Shown here: positions 41,370 through 55,106 of the stretch, piece after piece | Position numbering within the stretch: position 1 is the first letter of the stretch | How the letters are laid out: each line of letters begins with the position of its first letter | From: Octopus vulgaris | Taxonomy: Eukaryota | DNA length: 64,000 nt | Assembly: GCA_951406725.2 (NCBI GenBank) | Contig: OX597824.1 | Span: forward strand, 9,610,001-9,674,000 | Direction: 5' to 3' | Program-made: the position numbers and the translations under genes | Notes under the pieces: generated by a model | The model's input: only the letters and a program-made list of their open reading frames with translations | Told to the model about the DNA's origin: nothing | Database searches by the model: none

Positions 41370-41826
41370 AACACAATATAAAATATATTTTAAGATATAT
41401 TAAAACTATGTAAAGTGGTGCATTTTCTTCTTTAATTTCTTATGCATATTACAACTCAGAAATCCCTCCCTTTCTGTTACTATATATATATATATATATA
41501 TGAGTCTAAACCCAGTCAAACACTTAGAGAGAAATTTGGGCTGAAGACCAGCAATTCTGGTGGAGGAGTTAAGTCAGTAAATCGATCCTGGTGCTCAATT
41601 GCTAGTTATTTTATCGACCCCGAAAGGGTGAGAGGTAAAGTCGACTCCGGCGGAATTTGAGCTCAGGAAATAAAGATGGGCTAAGTGTTGTTAAGCATTT
41701 TAATACTGATTGCAGAGTTTGACACAAGGCCAGCAATTTCGATGTAGGGGTTAACTTGATGTAATACACTAGTCCCCTCCCCCAAAATTTCAGGCCTTGT
41801 GCCTTAAGTTGAAAGGATTATTATTA

Positions 41827-41879
<53 letters not shown>

Positions 41880-41934
41880 GTTGTTGTTGTTGTTGTCATT
41901 ATTATTATTATTATTGTTGTTGTTGTTGTTATAA

Positions 41935-42675
41935 TTTACTTTTAAACTGCATGTTTATTACAATCACTTACCGAGACACACCCAGTATCATTGGGCGAGT
42001 GAAGGATAAGAGATGTTACAGTATGACTCAAAGTAGCGAAATATCTTCATGTACTGCAACACCGACATATAAATTGAAAGAATGTGAGCAGTACTTGTCA
42101 GTACCATCTTTTGGACTTCTCAGAGACATGGTTCTCCTGGGGTATTGTCTAAATGTTTCTGACATCCCTTTCTTATCATACCTAGGGCACCCATAGTCAC
42201 AGGAACAGTTCTCGCTTTAAGATGCCACATCTTTTGTATTTCACTTTCCTGATCCTTATATTTATTTAATTTGTCACATTCTTTAAAGATATAATTTTAT
42301 CAGCAGGAACACATCTATTAGTCTACATGTATTTTCTTCTCTGTCTTTAATTATTATGTCTGGTCGATTAACCTGGATCGTTCTGTCGGTATTGACTTGA
42401 AAATTCCAGAGGATAGTGACATTTTTACTTTCAGCGACTGGCTCAAGATGATGTTCATACCAGTAAGCAGGAGTGCTAATTTTGTAGTGTTTACATATTT
42501 TCCAATGTAAATACGGTCCTACGCCATCGTGGCGATTTTTGTATTCTTTTGGTATTAGCACAGGACATCCCGAGAGGAAATGGTCCTTTGCTTAATCAAA
42601 TTAAGCGCAGAAATTCTTATTTAGGGTCAGAACCGTTTTGCAGAACGTTAGCCTGGTAGTTTTTGGTAATCAAGC
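41935..42675 (-). pseudogene. 3' end of an R4/Dong-like non-LTR retrotransposon (zinc knuckle plus restriction-like endonuclease)
   Basis: DHFLSGCPVLIPKEYKNRHDGV...NVTILWNFQVNTDRTIQVNRPDIIIKDREENTCRLIDV (RHD and PD..D motifs); 3' end abuts (TAA)n at 41817-41930. Confidence 0.85.
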
Positions 42676-44038
42676 TTCGTCATTTCGGGTCCGAGGTCCG
42701 CATTTCTGGCGCGAGGAAATTAATACCTGCTAAACACCGAGCTGGATTAAGTTGACTTGCCCCCTCCCCTTAAATTGCAGGCCTTGAGCCAAGAATCGAA
42801 ATTATTATTTATTTATTTTTAGTATTTAATCAAGAGTCGCGCTGGAGAGATACTTGTAGTTATAAAGAGTTAGTATGTGGTACTTTGTATATCTAAATGT
42901 ATACACTTATTTTTATGAGAAAATATATACACTTGCATATTAATATATACGTATATACATATATGTGTGTGTGCATTCATACATACATACATACATCCAT
43001 ATACATGGGTGTGTGTAAATATATATATATATATATAATGTATGTATATATATTATGTATATATATATTAAGTATATATATATATATTAAGTATATATAT
43101 ATATATATAATATATATAAAATATATATATATATATATTCTATATATATATATTATGTGTGTGTATAAAATATATATATATATGCAGACAGACTCATGTA
43201 TTACAACTTACTGGTTTTACTGAATATATATTCTGTTTTTACCGTCTGGCAATCTTCCAGGTTTGGCCTCTCGTAAAATTTTACTTCAAAAACAAATTAA
43301 CAATTCCGAATATTTATTTGGCAAAATATTTTCTTCAACTCAAAAACCGTACTACCATTTTCTTGTTTGTTGTTAATTATATCTGCTACTTGTCAGTGTT
43401 TATTTATTAAGTTTTTTTTCTATTTATTAGTATTGACTGTGTGTACGTTGGATTGATCAAGTCTGTAAAGATCTAAGATGATTATAGATAATCTTATTTT
43501 TTAAATAAACAAGAATTATTGAGGAACGATCAAAATAGAAATTTTCCCAATCGAAGATTTGTGAAGTATGTCTAAAACGACCGTATGTGAAAACACAGCT
43601 AACTTTTAATAGGTGTGCATGTACGTTTGTGTGTGTATATATATATATATACATATATACACATAAAGATATATATACATTCGTATATCATATTATATTA
43701 TGTATATGTGCATACGGACAGAGAGACGTATGGCAGTATAGACAAAGGGTATGTGATATGTGTGTGTGCGCGCGTGGCATGCATACACACATACATACAC
43801 ACACACACACACTCTCTCTCTCTCTCACTCACATACAAACACGCACACATATACGTAAATGTCGAACGATGAAAATTACACACACATACACACACACACA
43901 TATATATATATATATATCAAAGAAGCCATTTTAGTATGTGTATTTTTGTGCTTTATGTTCCATAATACAGAAAGGAAAGGTAACCCACTCGTGTTGCCAA
44001 ATTCTGATGTTGAGACATATACATACATGCATACATAC

Positions 44039-44069
<31 letters not shown>

Positions 44070-44070
44070 C

Positions 44071-44103
<33 letters not shown>

Positions 44104-44175
44104 CAGATAGACAGACAGACAGACAAAAGAGACTATAGATAGATATAGATATATATAACCATACACATATATGTG

Positions 44176-44234
<59 letters not shown>

Positions 44235-44744
44235 TTGTTTGTGTATATATGCATACAGACACACATATAATGTATATGACAACCACTGGGGATTAAATAA
44301 CGACGGATTAACTTTTTATAGTTTAATTGTTATTACGAAGATTTCGCCCTACCTTTTTATGCTCTGAATTCATAAATGAAGTTATTAATATTTCCCGTTT
44401 AAATTCACTTCCTGACTAATCATTTATTTGCACTATCATATTAAATGGTTCTTTACTTACCTTAATATAGTGAGCCAGACATTTTAGTTAATTAAAATTA
44501 ATCGTAATGCGAAAGAAAAACCATTGACTTTATAACTACTGGTAAAAAGAAGAAAGGAAGTTTACACGGAAATTTCAGTTTATTAGAATTAATCATAAAT
44601 AGATTTTATATAAATGGTTTGAGGTGAGTCTGATGTTGGCAATGCAAGGATAACTCAGGACATTTTTAATTCTTAATTCATCTTTTCCATAGAACCAATT
44701 TTGGACAGCTGGCGTTCGTCTTATATGTTACTCGACGTGAGAAA

Positions 44745-45173
44745 TCTATATCTCTATATTTATAAATCTGAAGTTGTCTATGCATGGCAAGTTTGGTAGC
44801 CTTCAACTAGCACTATCTCCTCCGAGTCCCTGCGGCGCAAGTTGACCAAAATTGAGAGTATGATAGAAGAAGGCTTGCTCTTCCTTCTGTAGAAGACAAA
44901 ATCGGACCATGTTAACACCATGTTAACCATGGTCAAATCGGACCATGTTAACACCAGAAATTATTTACATCAAAAAGGTGCTTTTTTTTCTATGAAAATC
45001 CCTATTTTTTACAATTTTTTGTCTGCTGTGTCGCCATTTTTCGGTGTATTTCAACCAGTAAAATGTTAACTTAAAGAGAATAACAAGCTACATAATGCAA
45101 AATTTTTACTTTTCCAAAATTCCAATTCTAAAGGGTCGAAACAAGCACGAGCAACGCCGGGTGATACTGCTAG
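44745..45173 (+). mobile_element. Non-autonomous Helitron
   Basis: a|TC ... gagcaacgccgggtgatactgCTAG|t; small internal duplication at about 44900-44958. Confidence 0.88.
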
Positions 45174-45684
45174 TTTATTTTATTTTTACTTTCAGAAAAT
45201 CACCCCCACCCGCCGGCCATATTATTGCGTACCAGCGGAAGTGGATGCTTGTCTGTTGATGCACGTCGTGCTCAAAATAGCATCGAATATTCCTTCAAGT
45301 TAATATCCGCCGCTTTTTAAAAGGAAAGGACAAATATGATATAATTTAATCCTAGACACAAATAAGAATCGAGATGGTCATAAACTAGAGTCTATGTAAT
45401 CATAGGTGTTCTGATTTATGTTTGGCCTGAGATTAAGTAACCCATCAACAACAGCCAAGATTTATATCGTTTGCGAAATTCATCAAAAAGAACAACTAAT
45501 AGCTCTCTATTTGTTCTTGTAATTTCTAACTATTTCTCTAAATAGATTATAAAAGAAACATTTATGGCCGCGTCTGTGGTTATTGTTATACTGAATTTCA
45601 TAGACATGAAAGAAAATTCTAGAACGAAGATTATAAAAATTCCTAATATATTAACCTTTTCTGTAGAGTGTATATTTACTGTAT

Positions 45685-46073
45685 GGAGGCGCAAAGGCAC
45701 AGTGGTTAGGGCAGCGGGCTCGCGGTCATAGGATCGCGGTTTCGATTCCCAGACCGGGCGTTGTGAGTGTTTATTGAGCGAAAACACCTAAAAGCTCCAC
45801 AAGGCTCTCCGGCAGGGGATGGTGGTAAACCCTGCTGTACTCTTTCACCACAACTTTCTCTCACTCTTACTTCCTGTTTCTGTTGTACCTGTATTTCAAA
45901 GGGGCCGGCCTTGTCACTCTCTGTGTCACGCTGAATATCCCCGAGAACTACGTTAAGAGTGCACGTGTCTGTGGAGTGCTCAGCCACTTACACGTTAATT
46001 TCACGAGCAGGCTGTTCCGTTGATTCGGATCAACCGGAACCCTCGTCGTCGTAACCGACGGAGTGCTTCCATC
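45685..46073 (+). mobile_element. SINE family D
   Basis: 13-bp TSD atatttactgtat at 45672-84 and 46074-86. Confidence 0.92.
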
Positions 46074-46514
46074 ATATTTACTGTATTTAAAGCCACACAA
46101 ACCTAAACCTTATCTACAATGATTTCAACGAGTTTAATCTCAGACCGACTCATTTCTAAATTATTTCTGAATGCTGTTGAGCTCCCAACTATCCCTCAGT
46201 AATCATATAGTCAACGGCTTTCCAGCCGTGATCATTCCTCGTGATTTTGTCTTCCTTATATCAGTGGTGCAACTAGACAAGTAGTAAAATGGAATTTAAA
46301 GTCTTCGGACTTTAAGCAAACCGAAACCACGCTCAATTGTGTTCTCGTTGTAGTAAATATCTGGGAGACGTCATCTGCGTTAAAAAGTAGTAGTTGAGTA
46401 GTTGTTGAAATTTCTAATGCAATGAGTAAAATTCCACACAATCATCTGGGGAAAAATAAACCGCAGTTCAATAGCAAATATTATTTTAATTATTCCAGTA
46501 AGCACAGGAGACAA

Positions 46515-46555
46515 CTCCGAACATGCTTCGATGTTATTGCAGCTCTTCAGCAAAG
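46515..46555 (-). ncRNA. Degenerate minimal hammerhead motif
   Basis: Minus strand reads ctttg-CTGAAGA-gctg-caataa-catc-GAAG-catg-TT-cggag; one stem II mismatch and GAAA changed to GAAG. Confidence 0.5.
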
Positions 46556-47894
46556 CATAGTTTTCCCCGTAGTCGTGATAAAATAAACATTAGGTATTCA
46601 GTAGTGTATGCATGACTTTTTTTCTTCAGTTTTAACAAATCTCAATATAGGGGTGTGCTGTTTTTTATTTGTTTTTGTTTTGCATTTTTGTTTTTGGGTT
46701 TTTTCAATTTACTATACTGTATCGTAATATAAAAGCTGATCGAAATCTTTGGTACAGACTAATCATTAACACCACATTTCATCGTATTCACGATAGTTTC
46801 ATATCAATTCCTTTGCCAGATGCACAAAGAGAGAATTTTTCTAAAGTTGTGCCAAATGCCAATACAAGGAAACTCGATGTAGTCGCTTGATATGCTAGAA
46901 ATAACAACCAAATCTTCTTCGGACCCCACCCGGCTATTACTTTTAAAGGAAACACAGATTGAACAATGAAGTTCTGGATGCCCCTAAAAAAGATGGAATG
47001 CCACATCTGGAATCTCTTCCGTTAGAGGGCAATTCGATCGTTGCTAGCCTGAGACTAAACAACAAAACGTGATAGCAATAGAACACACAGGAACAAGCAA
47101 AAGACGACGACTCAGAGAGAGGATATTCAACTTGCAAGAAATAGTAGTCAAAATTCTTTCAAATAATACTCTCTATAGTATTGAAAACGGAGAGGAGCAA
47201 TGACCGCAAGAAGGATCAGATGATCAAGCCTGTAATCTTTTTGATCGTAAATCTGCTCATCCTGGTCTAATCTTAAAGATGAACCTCTTTAATAATAACC
47301 CTGACTTGTATCTAAGCAGCAGCGGCAGCAGCAGCAACGTAGACTTCTGTCTTGTCTATCAGTCAACTAAGAGATAAACATCCTATAAGCGGGAAACATT
47401 TATTCCCCAAACTGAAAACGTAGTCTCCATTATATTTCAAAATGTTTAAACATATTCCCACGCTTTTGACTGAACCGCCAGAAAGCTATAAAAAGTAATT
47501 CAGATTGCTACAATTTCGTACTTCCATATCGTATTTAAGATCAAAATAATTGCTTCCCAAATGGGATATTTCTGTAGTAATATGGAAGGCAAACAAGTAT
47601 TTCATGTTTCCTAATTATCTCGGGTTTCTTTTATCGTTCAATCGACGAGGCAGACTTCTTCGCTTCTCTTTTGTTATTAGCATTACGCTTCATAACTTTA
47701 CATATTTCTACAGATTCTTCTGGAATTTAATTGGATAATACAACAAATTCACGCACGCACACATAGACACACACACACGCACACATACACAAACACGCAT
47801 ATATACATATATATATATAAATATGAATGAATGCATACACTCATTCAGTTACATATATGTTTATACATGAATATAAATATGCATAACTTGGTAT

Positions 47895-47947
<53 letters not shown>

Positions 47948-47978
47948 TATATATATACATATATATATATATATATGC

Positions 47979-48012
<34 letters not shown>

Positions 48013-48186
48013 GCATATATATATACATACATATATATATACATATATATAAATACATATATATATACATATATATATATACATATATATATGCATATAT
48101 ATATACATACATATATATATATGCATATATATATACATACATATATATATACATATATATATATACAAATATATATACATGCATGC

Positions 48187-48218
<32 letters not shown>

Positions 48219-48269
48219 GTATATATATTTATATATATATGTGTATATACATGTATATATACATATATG

Positions 48270-48301
<32 letters not shown>

Positions 48302-48307
48302 AATATA

Positions 48308-48351
<44 letters not shown>

Positions 48352-48661
48352 CATATATAATGTTTAGCTATACGTGCATGTGTGTGTGTGTGTGTGTGTG
48401 TGTCACGGCTGGAAATATATTCCGAAAGCAATTTTACATATTCAAAAACGCACACCATCATAAATTATTCCGCCAGTTTTCTCCGCGACGATGGCTTCAT
48501 TTGTTTTTATTCCTTTCCTTATTTGTATTTTTATTTCGTTAATTTTACTCCCCGTTTTCCTCGCTTCTGTATCTCTCGTCCAATTTTCGTCTGTCTTCAT
48601 TGCTAACTTGTTATCTCGATATTTCTACCTCCGGTTATCTTATCGTTCACTCCTTCTATGT

Positions 48662-49291
48662 GGAGGCACAATGGCCCAGTGGTTAGGGCAGCGGACTCGC
48701 GGTCATAGGATCGTTGTTTCGATTCCCAGACCGGGCGTTGTGAGTGTTTATTGAGCGAAAACACCTAAAAAGCTCCACGAGGTTCCGGCAGGGGATGATG
48801 GTGATCCTTGCTGTACTCTTTCACCGCAACTTTCTCTCACTCTTACTTCCTGTTTCTGTTGTACCTGTATTTCAAGGGGCCGGCCTTGTCGCTCTCTGTG
48901 AAGGCGGCGAGCTGGCAGAATCGTTAGCACGCCGGGAGAAATGCTTTGCGGTATTTCGTCTGCCGCTACGTTCCGAGTTCAAATTCCGCCGAGGTCGACT
49001 TTGCCTTTCATCCTTTCGGGGTCGATTAAATAAGTAGCAGTTACGCACTGGGGTCGATATAATCGACTTAATCCGTTTGTCTGTCCTTGTTTGTCCCTTC
49101 TGTGTTTAGCTCCTTGTGGGTAGTAAAGAAATAGCTCTCTGTGTCACGCTGAATATCCCCGAGAACTACGTTAATGGTGCACGTGTCTGTGGAGTGCTCA
49201 GCCACTTACAAGTTAATTTCACGAGCAGGCTGTTCCGTTGATTCGGATCAACCGGAACCCTCATCGTCGTAACCGACGGAGTGCTTCCATC
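48662..49291 (+). mobile_element. SINE D interrupted by SINE B (48901-49133)
   Basis: 10-bp TSD gctctctgtg at 48891-48900 and 49134-49143. Confidence 0.92.
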
Positions 49292-49590
49292 ACACGCTTT
49301 CTATTCTATTTACTCACAGTTTCATTGGAATCCCTAATAATATATTTGAAAAACTTCAGCGTGAGTGGGATGGACTGCTTTAATATTTAATTCTGATTTC
49401 AACTAGAAATCATAAGCCGATTGTTAATTATGACTTCGATGCTTTAATTGCCACTAATCGTAAAAATAACAAGAGAAACGAAACTAGGTTAAGTGTAGAG
49501 TTCTGACAGTTATCGTACATATATATATATGTGTGTGTGTGTGCGTGTGTGTGTGTGTGTGTTGTGTGTGTGCATGTGTGTGCATGTGTG

Positions 49591-49639
<49 letters not shown>

Positions 49640-49812
49640 ATATATATGTGTGTATGTGTGTGTGTGTATGTATATAAATATATATGCATACATATATAAG
49701 TACATATATTCATATATTTCGATATATGTGTAATATATATATATATATACATATATATACATATATATATACAAATATATATACATATATATATATACAT
49801 ATATATATATTT

Positions 49813-49890
<78 letters not shown>

Positions 49891-49926
49891 GTATGTATAT
49901 ATATATATATATGTATAAATATATAG

Positions 49927-49958
<32 letters not shown>

Positions 49959-49982
49959 GTATAAATATATATATATGTATAA

Positions 49983-50015
<33 letters not shown>

Positions 50016-50137
50016 AGTAAAAGAGTAAGTAAGTAAAAGAGTAAGAGTATATATATATATAAATATATGTATATATGTATATATATATATGTATATATGT
50101 ATATATGTATATATATATGTATATACGTATATATGTA

Positions 50138-50210
<73 letters not shown>

Positions 50211-50612
50211 ATATATATGTATATATATATAGGTATGTAGGGACATATTTACTTGTGGCTTATGTTGTGCTGCAAAATATAGAAATGCTGAATCGATTTT
50301 AAATCGATATCGAAAGTAAGTAGTCTTATATTTGCTATAATTTATGCGAGACAAACATAGATAACGTAACTCGAACAACAGTTTCGGTTTCTTGAATTCT
50401 CTCCGTATGGCGAATGAACGCATACACGCGCATGCGCACACATATAAGAATGTATCTTCACATGAGTCCGTGTTCAATTAAAATTTCTTCTGTTCAAATA
50501 TCTCACCTACTTCCAAGTCGATAAATCCGCGGCTTACGAAACCCGAATAACGAAATATATATCATCTCAGCTAAGTTTTTCATAACATTTAATTCGTGTT
50601 TGTAATATACAT

Positions 50613-51044
50613 AACGCAGGAATGGCTGTGTGGTAAGTAGCTTGCTAACCAACCACATGGTTCCGGGTTCAGTCCCACTGCGTGACATCTTGGGCAAGTG
50701 TCTTCTGCTATAGCCCCGGGCCGACCAATGCCTTGTGAGTGGATTTGGTAGACGGAAACTGAAAGAAGCCTGTCGTATATATGTATGTATATATATATAT
50801 ATGTGTATGTGTGTGAGTGTTTGTGTATGTGTGTTTGCCCCCCTAGCATTGCTTGACAACCGATGCTGGTGTGTTTACGTCCCTGTTACTTAGCGGTTCG
50901 GCAAAAAGAGACCGATAGAATAAGTACTGGGCTTACAAAAAGAATAAGTCCCGGGGTCGATTTGCTCGACTAAAGGTGGTGCTCCAGCATGGCCGCAGTC
51001 AAATGACTGAAACAAGTAAAAGAGTAAAAAGAGTAAAAGAGTAA
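50613..51044 (+). mobile_element. SINE family C
   Basis: Full-length copy. Confidence 0.9.
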
Positions 51045-51109
51045 CGTTATTTCTTTAAGCAAAACATACACTTTTTACATCAAATTTGAACTGCTTTCAT
51101 ACAGACTGT

Positions 51110-51357
51110 GGAGGCGCGTGGCTTAGTGGTTAGGGTGTCAGCACCATGATCTTAAGACTGGTTTCGATTCGTGGACCCGACGACGCGTTGTGTTGTTGAG
51201 CAAAACACTTCATTTCACGTTGCTCCAGTCCACTCAGCAGGCAAAAAATGAGCAACGCTGCGATGCACTGGAGTCCCGTCCAGCTGGGGAACACCATACG
51301 CCATTGAAACCGGGAAACCGGGCCCATGAACCTGGCTAGGCTTTGAAAAGTGTGCAT
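51110..51357 (+). mobile_element. tRNA-derived SINE with CORE-like centre and distinct tail
   Basis: A box tggcttagtggttagg, B box ggtttcgattc; tail gaaaccgggcccatgaacctggctagg also seen at about 60842-60880. Confidence 0.75.
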
Positions 51358-51414
51358 TTATTTTTATTACTTTCATAGGCGCAGGAGTGGCTGTGTGGTA
51401 AGTAGCTTGCTAAC

Positions 51415-53625
51415 TGTTGAGCTAGAGTGGACGTGAGTAACAAGCTCTGTCCAACTAAAGAAAAAAGACCAAAAACGGAAAGTTGTCGAGGTAAGTGATT
51501 TTGTTTATTGTGAGTTGGGCATAATTTATTGCGTGCCAATTATTATTTCAGTAGGTTGTGTCCAACTCTGAGACAATTTCGCCTGCGCTAGGCGGCTGCC
51601 GTTTTTGTGTTCATTGAAAAAAAAAAAAGAAAAACAGTGGAGGGGCGTATACTCAGAATTCAATACAGTTACTGTTAAAATTACCGTTGGCAGTAGCCAG
51701 TGCTGTGTTTGAGTTTGCTGAATTTATTCCCTTGTCAGAGTACTTCGCAAGAAAAGTATAAAAATAAGCCACTATTGGATTACCTTTCGGACCCATTTTT
51801 GTGGAGGTTGTGTTGCAGTTGCGGCGTTCCAGGTTCAACCCAGGCCGGGAGTGCCGCAAGGCCAGAATATTTTTGCTGTGTTTTTTCTGTTTATTAACTT
51901 TCTTTTGAACTTCATTTAACCCCCCCCCCCTTTTTTTTTTTTATTGCGACTTTCCGTTAATTTCTTCCCTTCTGTTGTGCTTTCTCCTTTTTGTTTTTTC
52001 AAACATCTATCAAATTTTATTTAGACTTTTGAACTTTTTTCTTCCTGCTTTTGAGTTTAATTTGAATATATTTTTAAAAAAACATGGCAATGAAAAATAA
52101 CAAAATTTTGGAGTGGGAAATCATACCACCCAAAAAGTAGTTAAAAGACCGTGAAGATAGGACGGTGGTGTTGAGAACCTACTCCAAGGCACTTGACACC
52201 ATCGCCCTATTCGAAAAGACGGCAATTGAGGAGGAGTTGGAAGAGTATTTGCCAACAATTAAATTCATTTCCAGGGGTGTCAAATATGCAACGGTGTGGT
52301 TGCTATTTGACACCCCTGAAGAGGCTTGCATATTTGCTAGCAAACCCTTGGAGGGTAAGGAAATCTTATTCCTGCCCACGTACAAAAAAAAGAAATTGAT
52401 GAAAGCTTGGATCTGCGGACTGCCACCCGACATAGAACCCGAGTGGATAGAGGAGACTATCCGCCGGGGTCTGGGTGACAGCGAAACTAAGCTCCTCAAT
52501 GTAAAAGTTCTTCCTGCGGCTGCTTGGGTTGGGTCGAAAGCAATTTTGACTCTGTGGACCCAATCAGCCAATCTGGTTCTTCCAGATTTTTTGAAAATGG
52601 CCGGGTGCAGGTACCCGGTGATGCTTGAGGGTCGCCCCCCTAAGTGTCATCGGTGCTTGGAGTCCGGCCACATAAAGAAGAACTGTCCTCGGGAACAAAA
52701 TAGGATCCCGGAACAGTTAAGTAAAACCCCTCTAGAAGAGGGAACGATAACGGCCGAGAAAGCAGAGGACTCCTCAAACAGAGGCCGAAAGAGGAAGGTG
52801 AGCAACAATGGGTGCTCACCAAAGGATAATAGGGATGAGGAGAGGAAGGCGAATCTTCCAGCCACGGAGGAGACGCACCCTCCCTCAGTTGAAAAGGGAA
52901 AAAAAGAAAAAAGAGGAAGAAAAACGGGACATTACCGGCTGTCAGTGTAGCACCGGAATGTCGCGGAACTACGTCGGTTGGGGTTGTGCCACCGACAAGG
53001 GAAGGAATACCGTTGGCGGAAACTGTGCCGCCAACGAAAGAACTGAATGTATTGGTCCTCTTCTATAGAGGAGGAGAAATTGAAAAAGTGATGGAAGAGC
53101 ACTACAAGGGAGCACCTTTAGCCTTCACACAGGACCCCGAATGGCCTCCGCAGGTAGCTGTGGAGGCCGTGGCGTTCGACGTGACGCTAGGGCTAAAGGA
53201 GCTCAATGAAGATTATAACTTGGTCCCGGGCGACGCGAACTCGGAACTTGACTACGTTCTGAGGGAGGCGTGGTTGATGGTGGAGGGCGCGGGCACAAGC
53301 TATTTCGAGGACGATATGTATTATTAGTAATGGACTTAAGTCCAAAAATTGAAAAATTGTAAGAGGATTAATACCTCGTTTTGTATTAATAATGGACTGC
53401 TAAGCCCAAAAATTGGGAAAAATTGTAAGAGGTTTTATACCTCGTTTTGTGCTTATCTTTTTAAAAAGAACAATGTTTTAGAGAAGCAAAAGTCGGCGGG
53501 CGCTTTCTGTCTTCTCCCATCCTTATCATCTTTCTTTCATTATCATTCACTTCATTAATGTCCTCGTCCAGCCCGCAAAGCTAACTTAATCTGTGTACTG
53601 CCTTTATGGCAAATGTTTTGAAATA
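51415..53625 (+). mobile_element. Non-autonomous ORF1-only retroelement (L1/Tx1-like ORF1)
   Basis: Perfect 15-bp TSD aagtagcttgctaac at 51400-14 and 53626-40; ends at AATAAA; gag-like ORF; no endonuclease or RT; no LTRs or TIRs. Confidence 0.85.
52084..53327 (+). pseudogene. Gag/ORF1-like protein with CCHC zinc knuckle (about 414 aa reconstructed; one stop, one frameshift)
   Basis: ATG 52084 is in frame with ORF 52165-52950 across TAG 52138-40; CHRCLESGHIKKNC (CX2CX4HX4C) at 52645-86; the frame of ORF 52986-53327 is open back to the A-rich run near 52900-52925. Confidence 0.8.
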
Positions 53626-53774
53626 AAGTAGCTTGCTAACCAACCACATGGTTCAGGGTTCAGTCCCACTGCGTGGCACCTTGGGCAAATGTCTTCTACT
53701 ATAGCCCCGGGCCGACCAATGCCGTGTGAGTGGATTTGGTAGACGGAAACTGAAAGAAGCCCGTCGTATATATG

Positions 53775-53807
<33 letters not shown>

Positions 53808-54175
53808 ATTTGTGTGTCTGTGTTTGCCCCCCTAGTATTGCTTGACAACCGATGCTGGCGTGTTTATATCCCCGTCACCTAGCGGTTCGGCAAAAAGAGA
53901 CCCATAGAATAAGTGCTGGGCTTACAAAGAATAAGTCCTTGGGTCTAGTTGCTCGACTAAATGCGGTGCTCCAGCATGGCCGCAATCAAATGACTGAAAC
54001 AAGTAAAAGAGTAAAAGAGTAAAGAGTATACAGACTATCGTTTTCTTTATAAAATTCTTAACGATGTAAAATTCATATTTCTTTTACAAGCGTATTAGAT
54101 TAATGTATACACAAATAAATAAATGAATATATATATGTGTGTGTATGTATGTATGTATGTATGTTTGTATGTATG

Positions 54176-54209
<34 letters not shown>

Positions 54210-54577
54210 TGAATGTATGTATGTCTGTATATATGTATGCATTCAGTCAGACATGAATGTGTGTCTATATGTGTCAAATAAATTTCGATATTTCGTATGT
54301 AACTTTAATCATGAAGCTATAAACGTTACGTACATGCTACCGTCTTCCAGACAACGACAGACACATAACATTTCTTAAATATTTATAGATCTATATTTTT
54401 CAGTATATCAATCTAATATGTCCTTTCATTCTATTTCATATATGTTTATTTTTTTTTCACAAAGTCAAATCAAATTCATAATTATTAGTCTTATATAGGA
54501 AATCGTTCTTTATATATTCCGTATATATTTCTCTTAACTTTAATTAATTCCGCGATACAAGTCAGTGATTACATCGG

Positions 54578-54651
<74 letters not shown>

Positions 54652-54687
54652 TCTCTCTCTCTCTCTGTACCTTCTTTCTTCTCTCTC

Positions 54688-54732
<45 letters not shown>

Positions 54733-54882
54733 ATGTAAGTATATATATATAAACATATATTTATATACATATATATATATATACATACGTAATATATGTA
54801 CATATACAATATATATATAGACATAAATATTACATAAATGCACATATAGATATATATATGTGTGTGTGTGTGTGCGTGTGTG

Positions 54883-54914
<32 letters not shown>

Positions 54915-54962
54915 CGTGTGTGTGCGTGTGTGCGTGTGTGTGTGTGTTTGTATAAAATATAA

Positions 54963-54996
<34 letters not shown>

Positions 54997-55055
54997 TGTA
55001 TATTGTGTATATATATATATGTATATATATAAATATACATATATATATTGTATAT

Positions 55056-55106
<51 letters not shown>

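Larger units (their letters stand above)
40826..41439. repeat. Diverged inverted repeat (arms about 190 bp, spacer about 225 bp), each arm with a hammerhead motif
   Basis: 40826-41017 is the approximate reverse complement of 41244-41439. Confidence 0.85.
51378..54028 (+). mobile_element. SINE C split by a 2.2-kb insertion
   Basis: Head at 51378-51414; the remainder resumes at 53626 and runs to the (taaaagag)n tail. Confidence 0.92.
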
